NCBI GenBank assembly: GCA_041738715.1
Contig: JBGSPI010000130.1
Coordinates: 1-24,000, forward strand
DNA length: 24,000 nt
DNA from: Chamaesiphon sp.
GTDB taxonomy: Bacteria; Cyanobacteriota; Cyanobacteriia; Cyanobacteriales; Chamaesiphonaceae
Reading direction: 5' to 3'
Position numbers and translations under genes: made by a program. The notes below the pieces were generated by a model. That model was not told the DNA's origin. It saw only the letters and a program-made list of their open reading frames with translations, and searched no databases. Positions 7,186-17,370 of this stretch are shown here, in pieces. The number at the start of each line of letters is the position of its first letter. Within the stretch, counting starts at the first letter, position 1.

Positions 7186-8046
7186 ATGGATGATTTTTTT
7201 CATATTCCAGTTTTGAGTCAGGAGATTATTCACGGCTTAGAAGTAGTTGCCAGTGGGTGGTATTTGGATGCAACGACGGGTGGTGGGGGACATAGTGAAC
7301 TGATTCTCCAAGCAGCACCAGACGTAAACTTGGTAGCAATCGATCGAGATATCCAAGCTCTAGAGGCAGCCAAGATCAGACTACAACCATATCAAAATCG
7401 CGTCCATTTTTGGCAAGGAAATTATGCCGACTATCAACCACAAGGGCAAAAATTTGATGGAATTATCGCTGATTTGGGGGTGAGTTCAGTCCAGTTAGAT
7501 GTCGCCGAACGCGGGTTTAGTTTTCGCCAGGAAGCCCCGCTAGATATGCGGATGGATAGATCCCAACCAACTACAGCGGCGGATATTGTCAACCATACCT
7601 CGGAAGTCGAATTAGCCAAGATTATCTTTACCTATGGTGAAGAAAGAATGTCACGCCAAATCGCCCGCGATATCGTCGCCCATCGGCCATTTACCACCAC
7701 TACACAATTAGCTTATACAATTGGTGGTGCCGTCCCCAAAGCTTATCGCTACGGCCGAATCCACCCAGCCACACGGACGTTTCAAGCTCTGAGAATTGCT
7801 GTCAATCAGGAGTTAAGTTCCCTCGAAAAATTTCTGGCAGTTGCCCCAACTTGGCTCAAACCAGGCGGGAAAATAGGCTTAATTAGTTTTCATAGTTTGG
7901 AAGATCGCATGATCAAACATACACTGCGAGAGCATCCGAGTTTGCAAGTATTAACTAAAAAACCGACGATCGCGACGGAAGCCGAAGTCAGTACAAATCC
8001 CCGCGCTCGATCTGCTAAACTACGGTGGGCAAAGTTAGTCGATTAA
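7186..8046 (+). CDS. rsmH: 16S rRNA (cytosine1402-N4)-methyltransferase RsmH/MraW
   Basis: [25 protein letters not shown]...[23 protein letters not shown] and SFHSLEDR. Confidence 0.9.
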   Translation: MDDFFHIPVLSQEIIHGLEVVASGWYLDATTGGGGHSELILQAAPDVNLVAIDRDIQALEAAKIRLQPYQNRVHFWQGNYADYQPQGQKFDGIIADLGVSSVQLDVAERGFSFRQEAPLDMRMDRSQPTTAADIVNHTSEVELAKIIFTYGEERMSRQIARDIVAHRPFTTTTQLAYTIGGAVPKAYRYGRIHPATRTFQALRIAVNQELSSLEKFLAVAPTWLKPGGKIGLISFHSLEDRMIKHTLREHPSLQVLTKKPTIATEAEVSTNPRARSAKLRWAKLVD

Positions 8047-8084
8047 CCACAGATTGTCCTCATCGCAACTAGTCGAAACCGTGT

Positions 8085-9434
8085 ATGAAAAAAGCTACTG
8101 TAATTGGATTGGGTCGATCGGGTATCGCCGCTGCGAAACTGTTAACTAAGCACGGCTATTCAGTTACACTCAGTGAAAGTAATCAAAATGTCAGTCTGGA
8201 AGAGCGACAGCAAGAATTAGCAAAAATTGGTATTCTGGTAAAGTTGGGAGACAAATTTAGCCCCGATCCTGAGATGGATCTAATCGTTGTCAGCCCTGGG
8301 GTGCCGTGGGATATCGCCCCCTTGGTTAAAGCCAGAGAAATGGGGATAGACACGATCGGTGAAATGGAATTAGCGTGGCGATATCTTCAAGATATTCCCT
8401 GGGTGGCAATCACGGGAACTAATGGAAAGACAACCACTACATCCTTAACTGATGCAATTTTTCAAGCCGCAGGATTGGAGACAAAAGGCTGTGGAAATAT
8501 TGGATTTGCTGCGTGTGAATTAGCATTACTCGAAACACCACCGGCTTGGATTATTGCCGAATTAAGTAGTTATCAAATCGAGTCATCCCAGACATTAACT
8601 CCACATATTGGCGTGTGGACAACCTTGACTCCCGATCATTTGGCCCGACACAAAACCGTTGATAATTATGCTGAAATTAAAGCTAAATTATTGAAGAATT
8701 CTCATCATCCAATCCTCAATGGTGACGATCCATATTTAGCTAATTTAGGCAAATCTGGTTGGCAAAATGCAACTTGGACGAGTGTTAAAGGCAAACAAAA
8801 TCTACCAGGAAATTCGGATCTAGGAGTTTGGATCGAGGAAGATCGAGTATTTTTTCGAGGTGAAAAAGTTTTACTAGCTAGTTCTTTAAAAATGCCTGGA
8901 GAACACAATCTTCAAAATCTGTTACTCGCTGTAGCTGTTGCCAAAATTGCCGGAATCGAAAATAGCGCGATCGCTAGTGCTGTGGCCAGTTTTCCAGGTG
9001 TGGCTCATCGCTTGGAATATATTTGCACCCATGCAGGTGTTGATTATATCAATGATAGTAAAGCAACTAATTATGATGCCGCTGATGTGGGATTGACAGC
9101 CGTAAAAGCACCGGTAATCTTAATTGCTGGTGGTGAAGCGAAAGAAGGTGACGATCTAAATTGGTTAAATACCATCAAGCAAAAAGCGGCTGCGGTATTA
9201 TTAATTGGTACAGCAGCCGATCTATTTGCCAACCGATTAACAGAAGTTGGCTATCATAACTTTGAAATTGTCGAAACGATGGCGAATGCTGTGGTGAAGT
9301 CGAGTAAATTAGCCCAGCAAACTGGGGCAAAAGTTGTCTTACTATCTCCCGCTTGTGCTAGTTTCGATCAATATTCTAGTTTCGAGCATCGCGGTGATGA
9401 TTTCCGCGCATTGTGTAAATCGCAATTATCTTAA
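8085..9434 (+). CDS. murD: UDP-N-acetylmuramoylalanine--D-glutamate ligase
   Basis: An N-terminal Rossmann fold (VIGLGRSG), the Mur ligase P-loop ITGTNGKTTT, GEHNLQN, HRLE and NDSKATN. Confidence 0.9.
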   Translation: MKKATVIGLGRSGIAAAKLLTKHGYSVTLSESNQNVSLEERQQELAKIGILVKLGDKFSPDPEMDLIVVSPGVPWDIAPLVKAREMGIDTIGEMELAWRYLQDIPWVAITGTNGKTTTTSLTDAIFQAAGLETKGCGNIGFAACELALLETPPAWIIAELSSYQIESSQTLTPHIGVWTTLTPDHLARHKTVDNYAEIKAKLLKNSHHPILNGDDPYLANLGKSGWQNATWTSVKGKQNLPGNSDLGVWIEEDRVFFRGEKVLLASSLKMPGEHNLQNLLLAVAVAKIAGIENSAIASAVASFPGVAHRLEYICTHAGVDYINDSKATNYDAADVGLTAVKAPVILIAGGEAKEGDDLNWLNTIKQKAAAVLLIGTAADLFANRLTEVGYHNFEIVETMANAVVKSSKLAQQTGAKVVLLSPACASFDQYSSFEHRGDDFRALCKSQLS

Positions 9435-10037
9435 TGGTTGATAGCCGCGCCAAACCCCCACTAGCACTCCCTGAAGTTGAACCTGAGCAGCTTCAGCCTC
9501 GATCGGTTTGTATTTGGGATTGGCTGGCTTGAGCGTGACAGTTTCACCCTGACGATGGTAACGTTTGAGCGTCGTACCTTGACCTTCAACCTGAGCCGCT
9601 ACAATCGTGCCATTTTTGACCTCAGTGGCATCTTTAACGGGCTGCATGATCGCCATATCACCATCGACGATCGAATCTTCGATCATGCTATCCCCCATCA
9701 CTTGGAGCGCGAAATAGTCGGACTGGTGAAAGATAAATGATAAGTCGAATCTTTCCTGATTATCAGTGAACGGTTCGACTAATCCACCTGCGGCGATCGC
9801 GCCGTGAATTGGGACACCACTAGCGGCATATTTAAGAATTTTGATTGTGCGGGCTTTACCTTCTGCCCATTCAATAAAACCTTTATTGCGTAAATGTTCT
9901 AACCGACTTTGAATCGGCGCGGGAGATTTGAGATTCATCGCCAGCATCATCTGGCGAATTGATGGTGCATGTTGATTGTCCCGAATATACTCTACGAGCC
10001 AGGTATAGAGTTCTTGCTGCGCTCTTGTTAATTCCAT
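9426..10037 (-). CDS. lexA: LexA transcriptional repressor with apparently intact autocleavage residues
   Basis: An N-terminal winged HTH (LT.AQQELY.WL..YI...HAPSIRQM), an Ala-Gly-type cleavage region (GAIAAGG), the S24 peptidase Ser in VMGDSM and the Lys in TLKRY. Its 3' end overlaps the 3' end of murD by 9 bp (convergent). Confidence 0.9.
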   Translation of the reverse strand: MELTRAQQELYTWLVEYIRDNQHAPSIRQMMLAMNLKSPAPIQSRLEHLRNKGFIEWAEGKARTIKILKYAASGVPIHGAIAAGGLVEPFTDNQERFDLSFIFHQSDYFALQVMGDSMIEDSIVDGDMAIMQPVKDATEVKNGTIVAAQVEGQGTTLKRYHRQGETVTLKPANPKYKPIEAEAAQVQLQGVLVGVWRGYQPLR

Positions 10038-10093
10038 AATTTATGACCGTTCGATTTAAATCGATGCAATTTTGACAAATATATAACTACTAT

Positions 10094-10107
10094 AGATCTG
10101 TCGTACT
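10094..10107 (-). promoter_or_regulatory. Candidate LexA box upstream of lexA (one mismatch to the cyanobacterial consensus)
   Basis: The minus strand reads AGTACGACAGATCT, against the consensus as I recall it, RGTACNNNDGTWCB (mismatch at the T of the second half-site). It abuts a -10-like TATAGT (minus strand, 10094-10089) and ends 56 nt upstream of the lexA ATG. Confidence 0.25.
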
Positions 10108-10152
10108 ATTAAAATCCACTTTTGTCTAGTAGTTCGGGCAAGTTTTTTTAAT

Positions 10153-13100
10153 TTAATTTTCGATCGCACCTAATAATCGCAGGGTTTGGCGTTGTCCGAG
10201 CAGTAATCCCGTCGCACCAGTGATATTAGTATCTGCATAGGGAGGTTTGAGTTCGAGGGAGTAGAGCGGTTGACTAGCAATCTCTTCGCCACCATCTGCA
10301 CTTAGATCCCAGATCTTGATCGTGCCATCTTCACTAGCACTAAAAATCGTTGGCGTAGCCTCTCCATCAGCGCATCGACCAGCGGGACTATAGCAGATTG
10401 ACCACACCCAATTAGTATGTCCAGAGTAAGTTTCGAGACAATTACCCGTGATCAGATCCCACCGTTTGATCGTCCGATCGCAACTACCAGTAATTAATTC
10501 AGTCGATCGATCGGGGCTAAAGGCAACATTCATAATCCAACCTTGATGACCAACCAGCGTTTGTACGCACTGCCAATTACTGGTATCCCAGACTTTGGCG
10601 GTTGTATCCATGCTGCCAGTTGCTAAATAGCCACCATTGGGACTAAAAGCGATCGAGTGAGTCCGCTGGTAAGTGCTAAAAGAGTGGAGAAATTCACCCG
10701 TACTCAGATCCCAAATCTTGATGGTACTTTCCCTGGCAGTGGCGATCAGATTGTGGATCCGACAAATTGCGACTGATTGAATCGTCGGCAGATCGACCGA
10801 TAGAGTTCTAATCAGATTACCTGTCGCAATCTCCCAAATCTGAACTTCACCATGTTTACAACCCGCAATTAACCAAGATCCATCAGGACTGAACACCAAA
10901 CACCAACTACCTTCAACTTCCGCCTCGATCGTCTGAATACAACTAAAATCCTGTAAATCCCACAACCGAATCGTTCGATCGATCCCACTACTAGCAAAAT
11001 AATCCCCATCAGGACTAACCGCGATCGATAGCACCCCGGCAGTATGACCAGCCAGCGTCTGAATCCAGGTGCGGGTATCTAAATCCCAGATCCGAATCAA
11101 GCCATCTCGATAACCGCCGATCAGCCAGCGACAATCGGGAACAAGAGAGATCGAGCGAATCCAGTTACCATAGCCATTAATTGTTTTCAAACATTTGCGC
11201 CGTTGGAGATCGCAAATTTTGATAGTTCGATCGTCACTCCCACTAATCAATAACTGTCCATCCGGTGAGGCATCGATCGCCCAAATCCTTTGCTGGTGAG
11301 CACGAGAGATATCTAGACAACTGCCCGTATCCAAATCCCACATGCGGATTGTCCGGTCTTCACCAGCACTGATCAGGGTCTTGCCATCAGGAGTGCAGGC
11401 GATCGACCAAACCCAATCAGTATGTCCAGTTAAGGTTTGAATTAATTTCCCAGAACTTAGATCCCAGACGTAAATAGTGGCAGACATGCCACTCACAATC
11501 AGCCGACGACCATCAGGACTAAAAACTGTCCGAATTACCCAATGCTGGTGCGACAGAACATGCAAACACACCCCGGTTTTCAGATCCCAAATCCGCACTG
11601 TGCTATCAGCACTGGCTGTCGCCAATTGGCTCTCATCTGGACTGAGAGCCACGGAAAAGACCCAGTGGGTATGTCCGACCAATTCTCGTCTTAAGTCAAC
11701 CTCGATCGCCTGATTTTGGGCATCTGAGTGGATCTGGAAGTGATAAATCCGCACATTGTAATCGTGACCACCAGTGAATAATTTTTGCCCATCACGACTG
11801 AAACAGATCCGGCGAAACCCGCGCTTGTCCAAGCCCCGCGCGGGGATTTGGCGACCAGTGTGGAGATCCCAAAAGTTGATCGTCAGATCGTCACCAGAAC
11901 TAGCTAAGATGTTCCCATTTGGCGTAAATGCCAAAGACCGAATCCAGTTGGCGTGTCCTTGGTAAATTGCTAACCGTTGACCATCGCTAGTCCGCCAGAG
12001 ATGAACATCGCCATTACCATCCCCAGTGGCAAATAAATCTCCGGTGGGATGAAAGGCAACGGAGACAATTCCACCGAAGGTTTGGGTAAAGACTGTGCGA
12101 TCGAATGCCGCTCCAGCAAAATTGACGCGATCGAGATTGACATCGACAAGATCGGCTGACCAAATCGGTAAACCAGAGCAGTCTAAATCAGCGATCGAGC
12201 CATCTGGAGCCAGTTCGATCGATAAATTGAGGATATTTCCCGCTAGATATCCCAAGGGGATCGGATTTTGCTCTCGCCATCTCGTCAGAATTCGCCGTAG
12301 ATGCTCACTGAACAATTCTGGCGTGTCCCAAATTACCAAACATCGATTGAGAATGGGGCGTAAGATCAGTTGTGTTTGCGCTTGGCGGAGATAATCTTTG
12401 GTTTGGGCTTTGATGATGGCGTAATTATTAAGATGCCAAAACTGAGATTGAAGATCCGATCCGCCTAAAGCGGCTGGATCTGCGGTGAGTTCGCCGACGA
12501 TTTCATCGATGATTTTGCCAGTGACATAAGCCATCATCACGGGTTCTAGCGACCAAGTTTGCTCCTGTCGGACAGCGACACAGCGACGGAGTAGGGACTG
12601 GAGCGCATTGAGAATTTCTCCACCAATTGCTGGGTGGGGGACTAGATTTTCGCGCAATTCTTTGCTCGTAACTGGTTCGCGCTCGATCGCTAACCAGTAA
12701 ACTAGCTGTTGTTCGGGTGGTGAAAGTCGGGCAAATTGACGCTGGAGAATATCTTCGATCGTCTGAAACTTTAATTTACCTTCTTTCATCAGTGGGTATA
12801 GTCCTAAGACTGCTTCACCCCCGCCAGTCATGTCGATCGCGGCAATTGCTGCCATTTTGAGCGCGAGGGGATTGCCACTATAGTGAGTATATACCTCTTG
12901 CCACATCTGCGCCGGGATCGGTGGACAACCGCAGGATTGAACGAGTTCGTGAGCCATATCTGGGGTCAATCCCCCAACCGCAAAGGATCTGACGAGTTTG
13001 GGATGAATGACTTCCGATCGAGCAATCGGCTGTGGTTTTTCGCGACTGGTGATGAGTAGACAACTTTGGTGCGGAAGTTCGCCAATTGCTTTGAATAATT

Positions 13101-13878
13101 GTTCGTAGCCTTCATATCCCGGCAAATACTGCCCAGCGTGAACTTGACCTTGGAGAACCGATTCCACATTATCTAGCACAACTAGCGCGCGGTTGTGGGT
13201 GAGGTATGCGATCGTTAACTCGATTTGCCCCTCCACTGTATCGGGCAAATCTGCCAATGGTTGCGGACTCAAAAACTGCAACAAGTCCCGCAGAATATCG
13301 GTCACAGGGGGCGCATTAAGTAGCGATCGCCAAATTGCACAATCGAAATGCTCAGTTAAGCCGCTGACAAGTTTCCCCGCTAGGGTGGTTTTGCCCATAC
13401 CACCCGTACCCAGCAACGAGATCAACCGACTGCGTTCTGTCACACACCAACTAGTTAGAGTGGCGAGTTCCTCTGTCCGCCCATAAAACGGTGCATCACT
13501 TGCTTGACTGCTATTTGGACGTTGAATACTCTCACCCCAATCGATTTTGCTGCGCTGGGGAGGATCCGCTCTAAACTGATGGGCGATCGCAAATTCCGGT
13601 TGCTTACTGTACCACAGCAACACCGCGACTAAATTTTTCTTCGTTACCTTTTGCCCTAATCGCCAACTAAGTGCTTGCCATAAGCTGGCTCCAGTTTCTT
13701 TGACATAACTGATCTTGTATCGGTGAGAACCTTTCGCCTGATCATTGGAGATCGCCGCAATAATTTCCTGGTAGGACTTATTGGCAATCACCCCCCGAAT
13801 AATCTGGATCTGTAGGGAACTGAGGGGTTTGGGGGTTAAAACAGTTTCAACGATCGCTATTGCTCGATCGATATCCAT
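10153..13878 (-). CDS. STAND (NB-ARC / AP-ATPase) NTPase with an HTH-like N-terminal domain, a short pentapeptide-repeat stretch and 14 WD40 repeats
   Basis: NB-ARC motifs:
- Walker A: LLGTGGMGKTTLA (aa ~155-167, nt ~13380-13415)
- Walker B: ALVVLDNVES
- RNBS-B-like: LLITSRE
- GLPLAL-type motif: YSGNPLALKM
The N-terminal ~95 aa resemble a LuxR / sigma-70 region 4 HTH (LSSLQIQIIRGVIANKSYQEIIAAI...). A pentapeptide-like stretch (ADLVDVNLDRVNFAGAAFDRTVF) follows, then 14 repeats ending in W-D/L-type dipeptides (e.g. VRIWDL, IRMWDL, IRLWDL, IKIWDL) from aa ~600 to ~1200. Confidence 0.85.
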   Translation of the reverse strand: MDIDRAIAIVETVLTPKPLSSLQIQIIRGVIANKSYQEIIAAISNDQAKGSHRYKISYVKETGASLWQALSWRLGQKVTKKNLVAVLLWYSKQPEFAIAHQFRADPPQRSKIDWGESIQRPNSSQASDAPFYGRTEELATLTSWCVTERSRLISLLGTGGMGKTTLAGKLVSGLTEHFDCAIWRSLLNAPPVTDILRDLLQFLSPQPLADLPDTVEGQIELTIAYLTHNRALVVLDNVESVLQGQVHAGQYLPGYEGYEQLFKAIGELPHQSCLLITSREKPQPIARSEVIHPKLVRSFAVGGLTPDMAHELVQSCGCPPIPAQMWQEVYTHYSGNPLALKMAAIAAIDMTGGGEAVLGLYPLMKEGKLKFQTIEDILQRQFARLSPPEQQLVYWLAIEREPVTSKELRENLVPHPAIGGEILNALQSLLRRCVAVRQEQTWSLEPVMMAYVTGKIIDEIVGELTADPAALGGSDLQSQFWHLNNYAIIKAQTKDYLRQAQTQLILRPILNRCLVIWDTPELFSEHLRRILTRWREQNPIPLGYLAGNILNLSIELAPDGSIADLDCSGLPIWSADLVDVNLDRVNFAGAAFDRTVFTQTFGGIVSVAFHPTGDLFATGDGNGDVHLWRTSDGQRLAIYQGHANWIRSLAFTPNGNILASSGDDLTINFWDLHTGRQIPARGLDKRGFRRICFSRDGQKLFTGGHDYNVRIYHFQIHSDAQNQAIEVDLRRELVGHTHWVFSVALSPDESQLATASADSTVRIWDLKTGVCLHVLSHQHWVIRTVFSPDGRRLIVSGMSATIYVWDLSSGKLIQTLTGHTDWVWSIACTPDGKTLISAGEDRTIRMWDLDTGSCLDISRAHQQRIWAIDASPDGQLLISGSDDRTIKICDLQRRKCLKTINGYGNWIRSISLVPDCRWLIGGYRDGLIRIWDLDTRTWIQTLAGHTAGVLSIAVSPDGDYFASSGIDRTIRLWDLQDFSCIQTIEAEVEGSWCLVFSPDGSWLIAGCKHGEVQIWEIATGNLIRTLSVDLPTIQSVAICRIHNLIATARESTIKIWDLSTGEFLHSFSTYQRTHSIAFSPNGGYLATGSMDTTAKVWDTSNWQCVQTLVGHQGWIMNVAFSPDRSTELITGSCDRTIKRWDLITGNCLETYSGHTNWVWSICYSPAGRCADGEATPTIFSASEDGTIKIWDLSADGGEEIASQPLYSLELKPPYADTNITGATGLLLGQRQTLRLLGAIEN

Positions 13879-14061
13879 ACATTACCTGTTGATTCTGGTC
13901 TTGGTCTGATGAGCGGTTAAGGAGTGGAAAAAAGCAGCGATGCTACTCCTTCACCCCTATATCCTACCGCCGACCCTACTTTTTCCATACTTTTATAGCA
14001 ATTAACTATATCATCAGTATGTCATAATGTGAAACACAGAGTGTTTGTGTGTTCAACTTTT

Positions 14062-14110
14062 GATTTGTTTGGCAATAACTTCACCTCCTGGAGTAATTGC
14101 CAAACAAATC
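14062..14110. repeat. Perfect 15-bp inverted repeat with a 19-nt spacer in the 382-bp divergent intergenic region
   Basis: GATTTGTTTGGCAAT (14062-14076) and ATTGCCAAACAAATC (14096-14110) are exact reverse complements. The spacer is AACTTCACCTCCTGGAGTA. Confidence 0.7.
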
Positions 14111-14260
14111 ATCTCCGGGTCTTGTTCGGTTCCACCAGATGAATCAGCAAAACCTGGGGGTTTTTTGTGGCAATTCGGTTTTTGATGGCGCGATTGGTTA
14201 AAGATCGGCATATAATCGCATCAATGCTAATCGAAATCTTGGATCACCAAATATTCACTT

Positions 14261-15442
14261 ATGAATTTAGCACTTCAAATTGGGGATAGTCTAATTCCGT
14301 GCGATCGAGTCTTACAACAATTATCTGAAGCTCAATTATTACCCCAATTGCTGCGAGAAATGGTGATCGATGACCTAATCGATCGCGTCGCGAGGGAGCA
14401 TCAGATTGACTTGACCCCAACGCCGGCAGAATTCGACAAATTGACCGAGCAAGTAGCTGGAATTACCCCCTTTCGCGGGATGAACTCAGCGCAAATTGAA
14501 GCAATTACCTACCGTACTCTCAAGCTCCACAAATTCAAACAAGCTGGATGGGGACATAAAGTTAGTAGCTACTACCAAACTATCCAACAAAAACTCTACC
14601 GTGTTTCCTACTCGATCCTCCAAGTCGAAGATGGTTTACTAGCTCAAGAATTGTTTTTTCGGATTCAATCTGGCGAACAATCTTTCGCTGAACTTGCCAT
14701 CAAATATTCCCACGATCCTTCCGCCAAAAAGGGCGGACTGATTGGTCCCATTTTCAGCCGCGAGATTTTAGCAACACATGGTCAAATTCTACAACAACTT
14801 GCACCTGGTGAATTGTCCTCTCTCTTCCGACTAGATGGCTGTTATGGCTTCATCCGGTTGAATGATGTGATCCCACCGCAGCTAGATGAGAACATGCATC
14901 AAATTCTCCTAGATGAGCTATTTGAAAGTTGGATTCAAGCGCAAATTGCCACCGAAGTCGATCCCGATCGGGCAACCGTCATTGCCCCCATAACCTCAAT
15001 CGTCCAACAGCCCCCGACCGAGATCCCCATTGTTGATATTTTTGCACCTGACTTTACCTATCGCCCAGAGATAGCGACAGCCCCACCCCAGTCCCCAGAT
15101 GTCCCAGAAGTTACCGTTGTCACCGAACCAGCACAAACAGATCTCGAAATCTCCACTGGCTTCTTTTTCCCCAATCGGCAGAAAAATACCTCGGTTCCCA
15201 CCTCAAATCTGACCAGCGCAACAACACCCTCAGCATCAGCCGCCAGTGACAATAGTGCATTCACTCTACCACCAGATCTGGAAGTGACAACCCCGCCGAT
15301 CGTTCAAGCTCAAAATCGATCGCGTCAACTTGTTATTGGCATCGCCATAATTGCTACCATCACTCTCACCGCAATTGGCGCAAATAGATATCTTGCTCAA
15401 TCTAACAATCCACCTCAGTTCGGAAAACCGCACACAGATTGA
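14261..15442 (+). CDS. PpiC/parvulin-type peptidyl-prolyl isomerase domain protein with a P/T-rich region and a C-terminal membrane anchor
   Basis: A parvulin-like block (FAELAIKYSHDPSAKKGGLIGPI...GELSSLFRLDGCYGFIRL), a Pro/Thr/Ser-rich low-complexity region, then the hydrophobic helix LVIGIAIIATITLTAIG near the C-terminus. Confidence 0.7.
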   Translation: MNLALQIGDSLIPCDRVLQQLSEAQLLPQLLREMVIDDLIDRVAREHQIDLTPTPAEFDKLTEQVAGITPFRGMNSAQIEAITYRTLKLHKFKQAGWGHKVSSYYQTIQQKLYRVSYSILQVEDGLLAQELFFRIQSGEQSFAELAIKYSHDPSAKKGGLIGPIFSREILATHGQILQQLAPGELSSLFRLDGCYGFIRLNDVIPPQLDENMHQILLDELFESWIQAQIATEVDPDRATVIAPITSIVQQPPTEIPIVDIFAPDFTYRPEIATAPPQSPDVPEVTVVTEPAQTDLEISTGFFFPNRQKNTSVPTSNLTSATTPSASAASDNSAFTLPPDLEVTTPPIVQAQNRSRQLVIGIAIIATITLTAIGANRYLAQSNNPPQFGKPHTD

Positions 15443-15453
15443 GCAGAATCCGT

Positions 15454-15480
15454 TTAGCACTCCTAGCCATAGAGTGCTAA
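15454..15480 (+). promoter_or_regulatory. CIRCE operator (HrcA binding site) upstream of groEL
   Basis: An exact match to the consensus TTAGCACTC-N9-GAGTGCTAA: TTAGCACTC (15454-15462), CTAGCCATA, GAGTGCTAA (15472-15480). It ends 31 nt before the groEL ATG. Confidence 0.9.
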
Positions 15481-15496
15481 ATTTTGGAAGAGATAA

Positions 15497-17182
<1,686 letters not shown>

Positions 17183-17370
17183 TTACACCCCCGGCATTTA
17201 CCTAGGGCTGATCTATTGGCAAAAGAATAATGCTAAAACCTAATTGTGTCGTTAAACTTCTATCTACATTCGATCGAGAGTTAACAACAGAAAAGGGTTA
17301 GAGTCGTTTTCTGTGGTGGGTGGATCAGCCCTGGACCAGACTCTGAAGCCTACAACATACCGATTGCGGT

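Noticed and set aside
10153-13878. Plus-strand ORFs inside the STAND/WD40 gene (11477..11713, 11774..11965, 12095..12394, 13193..13486) and the short minus-strand ORFs 12878..13063 and 12966..13169
   Set aside because: They lie entirely within a long, motif-rich CDS. Their products are Arg/Ser/Cys-rich low-complexity sequences typical of off-frame translation, and none shows a recognisable domain.
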